Positions 28,598 to 38,406 of a stretch of DNA of 64,000 nt are shown here, one piece after another. Where the stretch lies: NCBI GenBank assembly GCA_043798915.1, contig JAZDOG010000068.1, forward strand, positions 498 to 64,497. The letters run 5' to 3'. A model generated the notes under the pieces. The model searched no databases and was not told the origin of the DNA. It saw nothing but the letters and a program-made list of their open reading frames with translations. The stretch comes from Pseudomonadota bacterium. GTDB taxonomy: Bacteria > UBA10199 > 2-02-FULL-44-16 > JAAZCA01. Each line of letters starts with the position of its first letter. Position 1 is the first letter of the stretch. The position numbers and the translations under genes were made by a program.

Positions 28598-29539
28598 GTG
28601 AACGGACGATCGACAGATAGCTCCAGGAGGAGGCTTCCTGAATGGCTCAAGAAACGGGCTGTTCCGGGTGAAGCTATCCACGCGATCAAGCGCGGCCTGC
28701 GCGACAGTGCGCTCCACACCGTCTGCGAAGAGGCCCGCTGTCCCAACCTCGGCGAATGTTTCTCACGCGGCACCGCGACGATGATGATCATGGGCGATAC
28801 CTGCACTCGCCGCTGCGGCTTCTGTGCGGTGAAGGGCGGCGTTCCTGGGCCGCTCGATGCCGGAGAGCCCTCGCGCGTGGCCCTGCAGGTCAAGGTGATG
28901 AAACTCAAGCATGCCGTGGTAACCTCCGTCACGCGCGACGACCTCCCGGATGGCGGCGGCGCGCATTTTGCGCAGACGATAGCCGAGATAAGAAGGCTCT
29001 GCCCCGAAATCACGATCGAGGTCCTGACGCCCGACTTCTGCGGCAGCGAAGAGGCGATAGGGACGGTCTGCAGCGCAGCTCCGGATATATTCAACCACAA
29101 CATCGAGACGGTCGAGCGGCTGACGCCCGTCGTGCGCGATCGCAGGGCAAGTTATCGACGGTCGCTTGATGTATTGAGGATAGCAGCCAAAACCCTCCCC
29201 TTTGTAAGGGGAGGGAAGGGTGGGGTAGATCATGATCTACCTCCCCTAACCCCTCCTTACAAAGGAGGGGGACTAATCAAGTCAGGGCTGATGGTGGGCC
29301 TGGGCGAGACCTGCAATGAAGTGGCCGGCGCCCTCCTGGACCTCAAAGAAGCGGGCTGCGACATCGTGACGATCGGCCAATACCTGCGCCCATCGAAGGA
29401 TGCGCTGCCGGTGGTCAGCTATGTTGAACCTTCGACCTTCGAAAAGTATAGAGAAAATGCTTTAAATATCGGATTTAAGACTGTGTTTTCAGGCCCTTTT
29501 ATTCGTAGTTCATATCTGGCCGATAAGGCGCTACTTTAA
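28598..29539 (+). CDS. lipA: Lipoyl synthase.
   Basis: Sequence shows LHTVCEEARCPNLGEC, then CTRRCGFCAV (radical SAM), then ...SGLMVGLGET. It carries a 27-codon in-frame insertion from repeat copy C. GTG start. Confidence 0.9.
   Translation: MNGRSTDSSRRRLPEWLKKRAVPGEAIHAIKRGLRDSALHTVCEEARCPNLGECFSRGTATMMIMGDTCTRRCGFCAVKGGVPGPLDAGEPSRVALQVKVMKLKHAVVTSVTRDDLPDGGGAHFAQTIAEIRRLCPEITIEVLTPDFCGSEEAIGTVCSAAPDIFNHNIETVERLTPVVRDRRASYRRSLDVLRIAAKTLPFVRGGKGGVDHDLPPLTPPYKGGGLIKSGLMVGLGETCNEVAGALLDLKEAGCDIVTIGQYLRPSKDALPVVSYVEPSTFEKYRENALNIGFKTVFSGPFIRSSYLADKALL
29193..29271. repeat. Palindromic repeat element, copy C, inserted in frame inside lipA.
   Basis: Read directly: ccctcccctttgtaaggggagggaagggtggggtagatcatgatctacctcccctaacccctccttacaaaggaggggg. 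It is translated as TLPFVRGGKGGVDHDLPPLTPPYKGGG. Confidence 0.85.
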
Positions 29540-29558
29540 GGAAGGGAGCCGCTGATCT

Positions 29559-30014
29559 ATGCCAACCGCTGCCCAATCTATAGAGATAAAGGCGCCGGTC
29601 GAGCGCGTCTTCGACGTCGTCACCGATTTTGCGAGCTACCCCAAATTTCTCCCGGACATGGAAGAGGTGGAGGTGCTCGAGTCGGGCGAGAGGAGCGCGA
29701 AGGTTTCTTTCACCACGAGGCTCATCAAAAGGGTGAACTACATCCTCGCGTTTGACCTGAAGAGGCCACGGGGCGCGACGTGGAAGCTCGCCGGCGGTGA
29801 CGGTGTGGTCAAGAAGAACACGGGGGCATGGAGGTTTAAGAAGCTCGGGGCGAATCTCACGGAGCTCGAGTTTTCAGCCGACATGGAACTCGGGATATGG
29901 ATGCCTTCCTCCGTCGTCGGTGCGCTCATAAGCTCGCATCTGCCCTCGATGCTCGAGTGCTTCAAGAAGCGCGCGGAGAGGAAGACAGTCAAAAGGACGA
30001 CGAAGAAGAGCTGA
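29559..30014 (+). CDS. SRPBCC-superfamily protein (polyketide cyclase/dehydrase-like, RatA/COQ10-like).
   Basis: The 151-aa protein starts IEIKAPVERVFDVVTDFASYPKFLPDMEEVEVL, a typical START/Bet v1-like N-terminus. Confidence 0.65.
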   Translation: MPTAAQSIEIKAPVERVFDVVTDFASYPKFLPDMEEVEVLESGERSAKVSFTTRLIKRVNYILAFDLKRPRGATWKLAGGDGVVKKNTGAWRFKKLGANLTELEFSADMELGIWMPSSVVGALISSHLPSMLECFKKRAERKTVKRTTKKS

Positions 30015-30018
30015 ATCG

Positions 30019-30795
30019 CTATTCTGCAAAACCCTTCAACCTCATCTCCTGCAGTATGTCGCGCGCTGCGGGGTCGCTGCCCGAGGCCACGAGCGCGGCC
30101 TTGAATTTCGCCGCGCCCTTCCAGCCCTGATCGAAGAGGACCACGCGCGCGGTGGGTACGGGTTTTGACTCCGTTATGACCTTGAGCGCCTTGGCCCATG
30201 GCGCGGAGAGCTTGGCGAGCGTTGCGGCCTCTGTGGGGGTCAGTATCGCGGTCGCATTCAATTTCCCTTCGCCGATATCCTTGAGCTTGGCGATCAGCTG
30301 GGCCGTGGCCTGGATGTTTGCGCTGGCAGGGAGATCAGGGAAGAGTTCGCCCCTGACAAAGGCAACCCCCAGAGGTTCACTGGAGAGGATCTGCCAGCCG
30401 GCGGCCGGTTTCCCGTCGCGCCCTACGAGGGCGTAGCGCTCGGTGGAAGCACCCCCAGGAAGAGGAATGGTAGAAAGAATGACGTCTGCGCCGCTTATCT
30501 TGTCGCGGTTTTGCACCCAGGCAGCGTAGCTTACAATTCCCACGGCCGGTTGCTCCCTTTTGATGTATGTTACGCCATCCGGGACCACGTTGAAATACTT
30601 TCCCGTCACGGCGTCCGGCGTCATCTTTCCGCCGACGTACTTGAAGAAGGCGTCGAGGACAGGAGCAGCCTCTGCGGTGGAGCCCGCCTCGCCCGGATAC
30701 CAGAAGATCATCTTGACGTTCCCCGCATGCGCGGCTGAAGCGGAGATGGAGATGAGAAACAGCAGGGTGATCGCGACCGCGCTCTTGAGTTTCAT
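30019..30795 (-). CDS. Periplasmic protein with a signal peptide (possible solute-binding or YfiR-like fold). Function unknown.
   Basis: The signal peptide reads MKLKSAVAITLLFLISISASAAHA, with an AAGGA RBS. The track ORF extends further to 30918, without support. Confidence 0.5.
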   Translation of the reverse strand: MKLKSAVAITLLFLISISASAAHAGNVKMIFWYPGEAGSTAEAAPVLDAFFKYVGGKMTPDAVTGKYFNVVPDGVTYIKREQPAVGIVSYAAWVQNRDKISGADVILSTIPLPGGASTERYALVGRDGKPAAGWQILSSEPLGVAFVRGELFPDLPASANIQATAQLIAKLKDIGEGKLNATAILTPTEAATLAKLSAPWAKALKVITESKPVPTARVVLFDQGWKGAAKFKAALVASGSDPAARDILQEMRLKGFAE

Positions 30796-30912
30796 TGTAA
30801 TCATCCTTTCGAAATTGGTTTCCGCGATTGATAGACAATGTCCTCTTTTTGTCAAGCGCAGCCGTGTATTGGTTTTGACACACCTGAAGACCCATGGTAA
30901 TTTCTGAAGAAT

Positions 30913-31902
30913 ATGCACGCCATAACCGATACCTCCGGCCGGCCATACGATGTCTCCGTCATAGTCCCGTTTCTGAACGAGAGGGAGAATCTTCCGCAGC
31001 TGCAGGCGGAGCTGATCGCGGCGCTTTCCGGGACCGGGAGGAGCTTTGAGATCATATTTGTCGACGACGGATCGACGGACGGCGGTGCGGATCTGGTCGG
31101 GGAGCTCTCCGGCAAGGACTCGCGCGTCAAGCTCATCCAGTTCACGCGAAACTTCGGCCAGACGGCGGCCCTCGCCGCCGGTTTTGCGAAGGCAAGCGGG
31201 CGGATATATGTCGCGATAGACGCCGACAACCAGAACGATCCGGCCGACATCCCCAGGCTCCTGGCCAAACTCGATGAGGGCTACGACGCAGTCTCAGGAT
31301 GGAGAAAAAAGCGACAGGACAAACTCATCACGCGCAGGGCGCCTTCGGCGGCCGCCAACCGCCTGCTCTCGGCGGTGACCGGCGTCAAACTCAAGGACTA
31401 CGGCTGCTCGCTCAAGGCATATCGCGCCGAGTACATCGACTCGATCGACCTCTACGGCGAGATGCACCGCTTCATCCCCGCGCTCGCGCACATGGCCGGC
31501 GCGCGTGTGGCAGAGATTCCGGTCGGCCACCGCCTGCGCACGAGCGGCAAGTCGAAATACGGGCTCATCCGCATCTTCAAAGTCCTGATCGACCTGGCCA
31601 CGGTCAAGTTCCTCTCCACCTATGCGACCAAGCCAGGCTATCTCTTCGGTGGAATCGGGTCGGTGCTGTGCCTTGCGGGGCTCGCTTCGAGCGCCGAGGT
31701 CATAATAGAGAAATTTGTGAATGGGACGTATGCGCACAGGAATCCATTTCTCATGCTGGCGGTCTTCCTCTTCTCTCTCGGCGTGCAGCTGATCCTCATG
31801 GGGCTCATCGCCGAACTCATGGTGAGGACATATCATGAGTCGCAGGGGAAACCGATTTATCTGGTGAAGAAGACCGTCAACCTTGTGCGATCGGACGAGT
31901 GA
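30913..31902 (+). CDS. GT2-family polyprenyl-phosphate glycosyltransferase (DPM1/ArnC-like) with C-terminal TM helices.
   Basis: Sequence shows VSVIVPFLNERENL...FVDDGSTDG...VAIDADNQNDPADIP plus two C-terminal TM segments. Confidence 0.8.
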   Translation: MHAITDTSGRPYDVSVIVPFLNERENLPQLQAELIAALSGTGRSFEIIFVDDGSTDGGADLVGELSGKDSRVKLIQFTRNFGQTAALAAGFAKASGRIYVAIDADNQNDPADIPRLLAKLDEGYDAVSGWRKKRQDKLITRRAPSAAANRLLSAVTGVKLKDYGCSLKAYRAEYIDSIDLYGEMHRFIPALAHMAGARVAEIPVGHRLRTSGKSKYGLIRIFKVLIDLATVKFLSTYATKPGYLFGGIGSVLCLAGLASSAEVIIEKFVNGTYAHRNPFLMLAVFLFSLGVQLILMGLIAELMVRTYHESQGKPIYLVKKTVNLVRSDE

Positions 31903-33785
31903 TGTGCGGCATCTGCGGAATAATCCACGATGAACCGGCGCGCCCCGTCGAGAGGAATCTCCTCGAGGCGATGAACCGGACCATGATCCACCGCGGGCCA
32001 GACGATGAGGGATACTTCGTCGGCCGCGGCTCGGGGCTTGGCGTGCGCAGGCTATCGATCATGGACGTCCAGGGCGGCCACCAGCCCATGTCCTCTGAGG
32101 ACGGCAAGGTCTACGCCGTCTGCAACGGAGAGATATATAACTTCAGGGAACTTCGCAGCGAGCTCGAGGGCAGGGGGCACGTCTTCCGTTCGTGCTCCGA
32201 CTCGGAGGTCCTTCCGCACCTGTATGAGGAGAGCGGCGCGGATCTGCCGCAGAGATTGAACGGTATGTTCGGACTCGCCGTGTGGGATGAACCGGAGCGC
32301 ACCCTCATCCTCGCCCGCGATCGGATGGGCGAAAAGCCGCTCTACTGGACGCACCAGCACGGAATCTTTGCATTCGGCTCCGAGCTCAAGGCGATCATCG
32401 TGCATCCGGAAATCAATCCGTCGGTCGACCGCAGTTCGCTCTCGAAATACCTGGCCTTCGAGTACATCCCCGCGCCGCACACGATCTTCGAGGGCATCAA
32501 CAAGCTCGAACCGGGCCACCTCCTGATCCTTAGGAAAAACCAGGTCACGGTGCGCTCATACTGGGACGTCCCGACGGGCAGGGAAATAGGCGGCGTCTCG
32601 GAGAAGGACGCGGCCAGGGAAATATTGCGGCTCCTCGAACAATCCGTGCAGAGGCGGCTCATGAGCGATGTGCCGCTGGGCGTCTTCCTCTCCGGCGGGG
32701 TCGATTCATCCTCGATCGTGGCGATGATGTCGAAGCTTCGGGATCCCAGGGATATCAAGACCTTTTCGATCGCCTTCGAGGAGGTGTCGTTTGACGAGTC
32801 GTCGCATGCGAAGAGGGTGGCCGCGCATTTCGGGACGGACCATCGGGAGAAACTCTTCACCTCCGCCGAATTGATCAAGCTCCTGCCCGAGGTCACGGCC
32901 TTCTTGGACGAGCCGCTCGGCGACGCTTCCATATTGCCCACATACGCCCTTTCGAAATTCACGCGGCAGAGCGTGACGGTGGCCCTCTCCGGCGACGGCG
33001 GCGACGAGCTCTTCGCCGGCTACCCCACGTTCCAGGCCGAGAAGTGCATGCGCGCCTACAGGGCGCTGCCCGCGTTTTTGAGGGAGCGGGTCATTGAGCC
33101 CGTGATGCGGGCGCTGCCGGTCTCCGATGCGAACATGAGCTTCGATTTCAAGCTCAAGCAGTTCATCAAGGGCGCCAACGTCGACAATCCGGAGCGCCTG
33201 TTCATATGGATATGCTCTTTCTCGCCGGAGGAACAGCAGCGGCTTCTGGCGCACGATCTGCCGGAGGGGATGCTCTCCGATATCCAGCGCCATGCGGCCG
33301 CCGCGCGCGATGCCTCCGGCGGCAACAGGATCCTCTACCTATACAAGAAGCTCTATCTTGCCGAGGACCTGCTGACGAAGATCGACAGGGCCTCGATGGG
33401 CGCCTCCCTCGAGGCGCGCGCGCCGTTCCTCGACCACGATCTCGTCGAATTCGTCGCGCGCCTGCCCTATGAGATGAAGCTCCACGGCTTCACGACCAAA
33501 TACATACTCAAGAAGGCGATGAGGCCGCTCTTGCCGAAGGGGATCGCCTCTCGGCCCAAAAAGGGATTCGGCATACCGGTCGCTCAGTGGGTCAAGGGGC
33601 CGCTGAAGGAGATGTTCCAGGACCTCTTCGAGGCGGGTCGCATCAGGAGTGAAGGTTTCTTCCGCCCGGGTGAAATATCCCGGCTCCTCCGCGATCACAT
33701 GGACGGCCGGGCGGACAACCGCAAGAAACTCTGGACCCTCTTCATGTTCGAGCAGTGGCTCCAGCGGTTTGGGATCAAGTCTTAA
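31902..33785 (+). CDS. asnB: Asparagine synthase (glutamine-hydrolysing).
   Basis: Present are the N-terminal nucleophile MCGI, the GATase-2 domain and the SGGVDSS PP-loop. Confidence 0.9.
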   Translation: MCGICGIIHDEPARPVERNLLEAMNRTMIHRGPDDEGYFVGRGSGLGVRRLSIMDVQGGHQPMSSEDGKVYAVCNGEIYNFRELRSELEGRGHVFRSCSDSEVLPHLYEESGADLPQRLNGMFGLAVWDEPERTLILARDRMGEKPLYWTHQHGIFAFGSELKAIIVHPEINPSVDRSSLSKYLAFEYIPAPHTIFEGINKLEPGHLLILRKNQVTVRSYWDVPTGREIGGVSEKDAAREILRLLEQSVQRRLMSDVPLGVFLSGGVDSSSIVAMMSKLRDPRDIKTFSIAFEEVSFDESSHAKRVAAHFGTDHREKLFTSAELIKLLPEVTAFLDEPLGDASILPTYALSKFTRQSVTVALSGDGGDELFAGYPTFQAEKCMRAYRALPAFLRERVIEPVMRALPVSDANMSFDFKLKQFIKGANVDNPERLFIWICSFSPEEQQRLLAHDLPEGMLSDIQRHAAAARDASGGNRILYLYKKLYLAEDLLTKIDRASMGASLEARAPFLDHDLVEFVARLPYEMKLHGFTTKYILKKAMRPLLPKGIASRPKKGFGIPVAQWVKGPLKEMFQDLFEAGRIRSEGFFRPGEISRLLRDHMDGRADNRKKLWTLFMFEQWLQRFGIKS

Positions 33786-33843
33786 GAACGCTTTAAATAT
33801 TAAGAGATTGACAGCTTGCCAACCCGATTGTAATTCCAGCGAC

Positions 33844-36342
33844 ATGCCTGAACGACACTACAACCCTGCCGAAATCGAATCCAAGTGGCAGAAGCACTGG
33901 GAGAAGAAGGGGCTCTTCAAGGTGAAGGAGGTCCCAGGGCAGAAGAAGTATTACCTCCTCGAGATGCTCCCGTACCCCTCCGGGCGGCTTCACATGGGGC
34001 ACGTGCGCAACTACACGATAGGCGACGTCGCGACGCGCTGCCGCATGATGCAGGGCTTCAAGGTGCTGCACCCAATGGGCTGGGATGCCTTCGGCATGCC
34101 CGCCGAGAACGCCGCGATCAAGGAGGGCGTCCACCCCGCCAAGTGGACGAAGTCGAACATCGATTACATGCGCGGGCAGTTCAAGCGCCTCGGATGCTCC
34201 TATGACTGGGAGCGCGAATTCGCCACGTGCGACCCCGATTACTACCGATGGGACCAGCTGATATTCGTGCGGATGTTCGAGAAGGGATGGGCCTACAAGA
34301 AGAGCTCCCAGATCAACTGGTGCCCGACATGCCAGACGGTGCTGGCCAACGAGCAGGCCGAGGGAGGCGTCTGCTGGCGCTGCGACTCGGGGGTGGTGGG
34401 CAAACCGATGTCGCAATGGTTCTTCAGGATCACCGATTACGCCGAGGAGCTCCTCCGCGACATCGACGAAAAGCTCACGGGCTGGCCGGAGCGCGTCCGC
34501 ATCATGCAGCGCGAGTGGATCGGAAAGAGCGTGGGCGCCTTGATCAGATTTCCCCTCCTTTGTAAGGAGGGGAAAGGGGAGGTAGACCATGATCTACCCC
34601 ACCCTAACCCTCCCCTTACAAAGGGGAGGGAATTTATCGAGGTCTTCACGACGCGCCCGGACACGATCTTCGGCGTCACCTTCATGAGCATCGCGTGCGA
34701 GCACCCGCTCGTTAAGGAATTCGTGAAAGGGACCGGCCAGGAGAGGGCGGTCGCGGCGTTTGCCGAGAAGAGCTCCCACATCGACCACGAGGCCAGGCTC
34801 GCAAACACATATGAGAAGGACGGCGTCTTCACCGGCGCATATTGCATAAACCCGATGACGGGCGCGCGCGTGCCGATCTACGCCGCCAACTTCGTCCTCA
34901 TGGACTACGGCACGGGTGCTGTGATGGCGGTGCCGGCGCACGACCAGCGCGATTTTGAATTCGCGAAAAAATACAAGCTCCCTGTCAAGGTCGTGATCCA
35001 GCCGGAAGGGGAGAAGCTCGATGCAAGAGCGATGGCTGAAGCCTGGGAGGGACCGGGGACGCTCGTCGATTCGGGCGAGTTCACCGGAATGAACAGCGAG
35101 GCCGCGATCCGCGCCATCTCGGAGCACTTTGCGAAGAAAAAGATCGGCGGGCCGGCGGTCACGTATCGTCTGAAGGACTGGTGCATCTCGCGTCAGCGCT
35201 ACTGGGGCGCACCCATCCCCATCATCTATTGCGACTCATGCGGGACAGTGCCTGTCCCGGATAAGGACCTGCCCGTTGTCCTTCCTCATGACGTGGAGTT
35301 CACCGGCGAGGGCGGCTCGCCGATAGCCAAACTCGAGTCATTCGTGGACACCAAATGCCCCAGGTGCAAGGGAAAGGCGCGGCGCGAGACCGACACGATG
35401 GACACGTTCGTCGAGTCGTCGTGGTACATGCTGCGCTATGCATGCCCCAAATACGACAAGGGGCCTGTCGATCCGAAGATGATCGAGTACTGGCTTCCGG
35501 TCGATCAGTACATCGGCGGGATCGAACATGCCGTCGGGCATCTCATCTACTGCCGCTATTTCACCAAGGTGATGCGCGACTTGGGGATGCTCAAGCTCGA
35601 CGAGCCGGTGAAGAACCTGATGACGCAGGGGATGGTCTACAAGGACGGCGCCAAGATGAGCAAGTCGAAGGGGAACGTCGTCGACCCTGACGACATGATC
35701 GCCAAGTTCGGCGCCGACACCGTGAGGCTCTTTTCGCTCTTCGCCGCGCCGCCTGAGAAAGACCTCGAGTGGAGCGAGCGAGGGGTGGAAGGGGCGCACC
35801 GCTTCCTCATCCGCGTATGGCGCATCGTCTCGGCGTGGAAAGAGGGAGGAGGCGGAAAGGGTGCAAAGGCGACAGAAGATATCGGGCAGTGGCGAAACCG
35901 CACGATCCAGCGCGTCACCGAGGATGTAGACCGTTACCATTTCAACACCGCGATCGCTGCGGTGATGGAGTACGTCAACTTCCTCTACGGCCTCAAGGTG
36001 CAGGATATCCCTGCGGAGGCGATCGAGACGCTCATACTCCTCGTCTCCCCGTTTGCGCCGCACGCGGCGGAGGAACTCTGGGAGCTCTTGGGGCATTCGA
36101 AGTCGACCCTCCACGAGCCGTGGCCGGCGTTCGATCCTGCGAAGGCGCAGGGCTACACGGTGACCTACATCGTGCAGGTTGGCGGCAAGATGCGAGACAA
36201 GCTCGATCTCCCCATCGATATGCCCGAGGAGGACGTGAAGGCCGCGGCCCTAGCCTCGGCGAAAGTTGCTGCGCATCTCGAAGGCAAGGCGCCCCAAAAG
36301 GTGATCTTCGTCCCGAAGAGGCTCGTGAATATTGTGGTGTGA
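33844..36342 (+). CDS. leuS: Leucyl-tRNA synthetase.
   Basis: Present are [12 protein letters not shown] (start of the CP1 editing domain) and KMSKS. It carries a ~27-codon in-frame insertion from repeat copy D just before VFTTRPDT. Confidence 0.95.
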   Translation: MPERHYNPAEIESKWQKHWEKKGLFKVKEVPGQKKYYLLEMLPYPSGRLHMGHVRNYTIGDVATRCRMMQGFKVLHPMGWDAFGMPAENAAIKEGVHPAKWTKSNIDYMRGQFKRLGCSYDWEREFATCDPDYYRWDQLIFVRMFEKGWAYKKSSQINWCPTCQTVLANEQAEGGVCWRCDSGVVGKPMSQWFFRITDYAEELLRDIDEKLTGWPERVRIMQREWIGKSVGALIRFPLLCKEGKGEVDHDLPHPNPPLTKGREFIEVFTTRPDTIFGVTFMSIACEHPLVKEFVKGTGQERAVAAFAEKSSHIDHEARLANTYEKDGVFTGAYCINPMTGARVPIYAANFVLMDYGTGAVMAVPAHDQRDFEFAKKYKLPVKVVIQPEGEKLDARAMAEAWEGPGTLVDSGEFTGMNSEAAIRAISEHFAKKKIGGPAVTYRLKDWCISRQRYWGAPIPIIYCDSCGTVPVPDKDLPVVLPHDVEFTGEGGSPIAKLESFVDTKCPRCKGKARRETDTMDTFVESSWYMLRYACPKYDKGPVDPKMIEYWLPVDQYIGGIEHAVGHLIYCRYFTKVMRDLGMLKLDEPVKNLMTQGMVYKDGAKMSKSKGNVVDPDDMIAKFGADTVRLFSLFAAPPEKDLEWSERGVEGAHRFLIRVWRIVSAWKEGGGGKGAKATEDIGQWRNRTIQRVTEDVDRYHFNTAIAAVMEYVNFLYGLKVQDIPAEAIETLILLVSPFAPHAAEELWELLGHSKSTLHEPWPAFDPAKAQGYTVTYIVQVGGKMRDKLDLPIDMPEEDVKAAALASAKVAAHLEGKAPQKVIFVPKRLVNIVV
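34551..34629. repeat. Palindromic repeat element, copy D, inserted in frame inside leuS.
   Basis: Read directly: cccctcctttgtaaggaggggaaaggggaggtagaccatgatctaccccaccctaaccctccccttacaaaggggaggg. It is translated as [26 protein letters not shown]. Confidence 0.85.
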
Positions 36343-36360
36343 ACCCTCCTGTTATATCGT

Positions 36361-36389
36361 TTGACAATTTAGCTTATTGGTTCTACAAT
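36361..36389 (+). promoter_or_regulatory. Near-consensus sigma70 promoter for vapBC.
   Basis: TTGACA, then a 17-nt spacer, then TACAAT. An AGGAGG RBS lies 5 nt before the ATG at 36418. Confidence 0.55.
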
Positions 36390-36417
36390 TAACTCAAAAG
36401 TATTACAGGAGGCCTAA

Positions 36418-36627
36418 ATGACATACGGTCGCGTTTCACCGAAATATCAGATCGTCATCCCGAAAGAAGTGCGCAAGGTCGTGGACATAAAGCCTGGCCA
36501 GAGGCTCATGATCTACGCCAAGGACAATGTCATCTATCTCATCCCGGAAGTGGGTGTCTCCCAGCTGAGAGGCATCTGCAAGGGAGTGAAGACTTCTGGC
36601 GTCCGTGAAAGGGAAGACAGAATATGA
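36418..36627 (+). CDS. vapB: AbrB/SpoVT-type antitoxin (VapB-like).
   Basis: Sequence shows VSPKYQIVIPKEVRKVVDIKPGQRLMIY, a swapped-hairpin AbrB fold. It overlaps the downstream PIN gene by 4 nt. Confidence 0.8.
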   Translation: MTYGRVSPKYQIVIPKEVRKVVDIKPGQRLMIYAKDNVIYLIPEVGVSQLRGICKGVKTSGVREREDRI

Positions 36628-37004
36628 AGCTTCTCATCGATTCCTCGGCCTGGCTTGAATATCTCTCTGATAGTCCAAAGGCAAAAGGGTTGGAAAGATA
36701 CTTCAAGCCTCCGCACAAGGTCGTGCTTCCTTCTATCGTCGCATACGAGGTCTACAAGAGAATCAAGGCGGAAAGAGGGGAACGTTCGGCGGTCATTGTC
36801 CTTGCCCAGATGGAGAGGATTTCAACATCCCTGCTCTCAATCGACCAAGGGCTTGCCGTGAAGGCAGCCGATGTGAGCATTGAACATAAGCTCCCGATGG
36901 CCGACGCCTTCATTTATGCAACGGCGTTATCCACCGGTTCGACCGTCCTCACTTTAGATGCCCATTTTAAGGGTCTTAAACAGGTACAGTTCATAGCAAG
37001 TTGA
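36624..37004 (+). CDS. vapC: PIN-domain toxin VapC.
   Basis: Sequence shows MKLLIDSSAWLEYL, with acidic residues ...YEVY...DAFIYATA...LTLDAHF, typical of PIN. Confidence 0.85.
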   Translation: MKLLIDSSAWLEYLSDSPKAKGLERYFKPPHKVVLPSIVAYEVYKRIKAERGERSAVIVLAQMERISTSLLSIDQGLAVKAADVSIEHKLPMADAFIYATALSTGSTVLTLDAHFKGLKQVQFIAS

Positions 37005-37056
37005 ACATGCTGCTTGCTTTTTCGCTGATGACGGAGCAGCTCTCTGAACTTCTTTT

Positions 37057-38058
37057 ATGCCTCGAATAGATATAACAGAATTAGACAAGGAACTGAGGCA
37101 GGGAAAGATCCGGCCGCTTTATATCATAGCAGGCGCCGAATATCACCTGGCCTCCCAATCGCTCCGGAGCATCAAGGAGGCCGTCGGGAAGGGTGGCGCT
37201 GGCGAATCCCCGGCGAAGAGCCTTTCGGGAAGGGAGGTCCGCGCCGATGCGGTGATCGACGATCTGCGGATGGTCCCGATGCTCGGCGGCAGGGTGCTCG
37301 TCGTGATACGCGAGGCGGAGGGGATCCCCAAGGCATCGCTCGAGAGGCTTGCCGACTATGCCGCCGCGCCCGTCGAGGCATCCACGCTCGTGCTCGTCGC
37401 GGAGAAGATGGACGGCCGCACGCGCTTCATGCAGACGGCTGCCAAAAGCGGGGCGATCATCGATTGCAAGCCGCTCTACCTGGACAAGGTGCCGTTCTGG
37501 ATCAACATGGAGGTGAAGAGGCAGGGGCGGCAGATGTCGATGGAGGCCGCCAAATTCCTGGCCGAGATGATCGGCAGCGATTTGGGGCAGCTTTCGCAGG
37601 CGATCGAACGCATCCTCCTCTACGTAGGGGTGCGCCGGATGGTCGAACTCAAGGACGTCGAGCAGGCGGTCTCGGAGACGCACCAGCACACGATATTCGA
37701 GCTCACCGACGCCGTGGGAACGCAGCGCCTGCCGAAGGCGCTCTCGCTCCTGCACGGCATCCTTGAGAACGGCGAATCGCCGATCCTGGTCCTCAACATG
37801 ATAGCCAGGCACTTCCGCATACTCATGAAGGCGAAGGACATCGCCGGAAGGGTCGAGAAAGAGAGCGAAGTCGCGAAATATCTCGGGGTGCATGCGTTTT
37901 TTGCGAAGAACTATATCGCGCAGGCGCGAAATTTTTCGAACGGGGAGCTGAAGGCCTGTTTCAGGACGCTCCACCGCTGCGACAGGGAGCTCAAGTCCAG
38001 CAGGCTGGGGAGGGAACGGATATTCGAGCGCGCGTTTTTTGCGATGATAGGGCGATAG
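37057..38058 (+). CDS. holA: DNA polymerase III delta subunit.
   Basis: A 333-aa clamp-loader delta fold (PLYIIAGAEYHLAS...). The holA-rpsT neighbourhood matches B. subtilis. Confidence 0.75.
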   Translation: MPRIDITELDKELRQGKIRPLYIIAGAEYHLASQSLRSIKEAVGKGGAGESPAKSLSGREVRADAVIDDLRMVPMLGGRVLVVIREAEGIPKASLERLADYAAAPVEASTLVLVAEKMDGRTRFMQTAAKSGAIIDCKPLYLDKVPFWINMEVKRQGRQMSMEAAKFLAEMIGSDLGQLSQAIERILLYVGVRRMVELKDVEQAVSETHQHTIFELTDAVGTQRLPKALSLLHGILENGESPILVLNMIARHFRILMKAKDIAGRVEKESEVAKYLGVHAFFAKNYIAQARNFSNGELKACFRTLHRCDRELKSSRLGRERIFERAFFAMIGR

Positions 38059-38059
38059 A

Positions 38060-38335
38060 CTAAGCGCGTGCTGCGGCGACTGCTTTCGTGAGCCTCGATA
38101 TCAGGCGGGATGCCTTCTTGTAGTGGATGATGCCCTTGCTGGCCGTCCGGGCGATGATCGGCACGACCTCCTTCAATGCTTCCGGTGTGCGGTCGGCCCT
38201 CGCCTTTTTGATCGCCGTCTTCATCTTCGAAAGGACCTGCTTATTCTTGGCCCGGAGCTTTATGTTCTGCCGGTCGCGCTTTATGGACGAAGCGTGGCGC
38301 CCCTTGCCTATCTTTTTCTTGATTATCGCAGCCAT
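38060..38335 (-). CDS. rpsT: 30S ribosomal protein S20.
   Basis: Sequence reads MAAIIKKKIGKGRHASSIKRDRQNIKLRAKNKQVLSKMKTAIKKA.... A GGAGA RBS lies upstream. The track ORF from 38377 is an N-terminal extension. Confidence 0.9.
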   Translation of the reverse strand: MAAIIKKKIGKGRHASSIKRDRQNIKLRAKNKQVLSKMKTAIKKARADRTPEALKEVVPIIARTASKGIIHYKKASRLISRLTKAVAAARA

Positions 38336-38406
38336 GGCAAATCTCCTCGTTGCAAAATGGAGGGGAGCTGCTAACATGCAGCCCCCTGATTGTCAAGGAA
38401 TCGCTC

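Noticed and set aside
6363-34629. Considered whether the repeated CCCTCC...GGAGGG elements form a CRISPR array.
   Set aside because: Copies are scattered over ~28 kb with irregular spacing. They are internally palindromic and lie inside genes. There are no regularly spaced unique spacers and no cas genes in the window.
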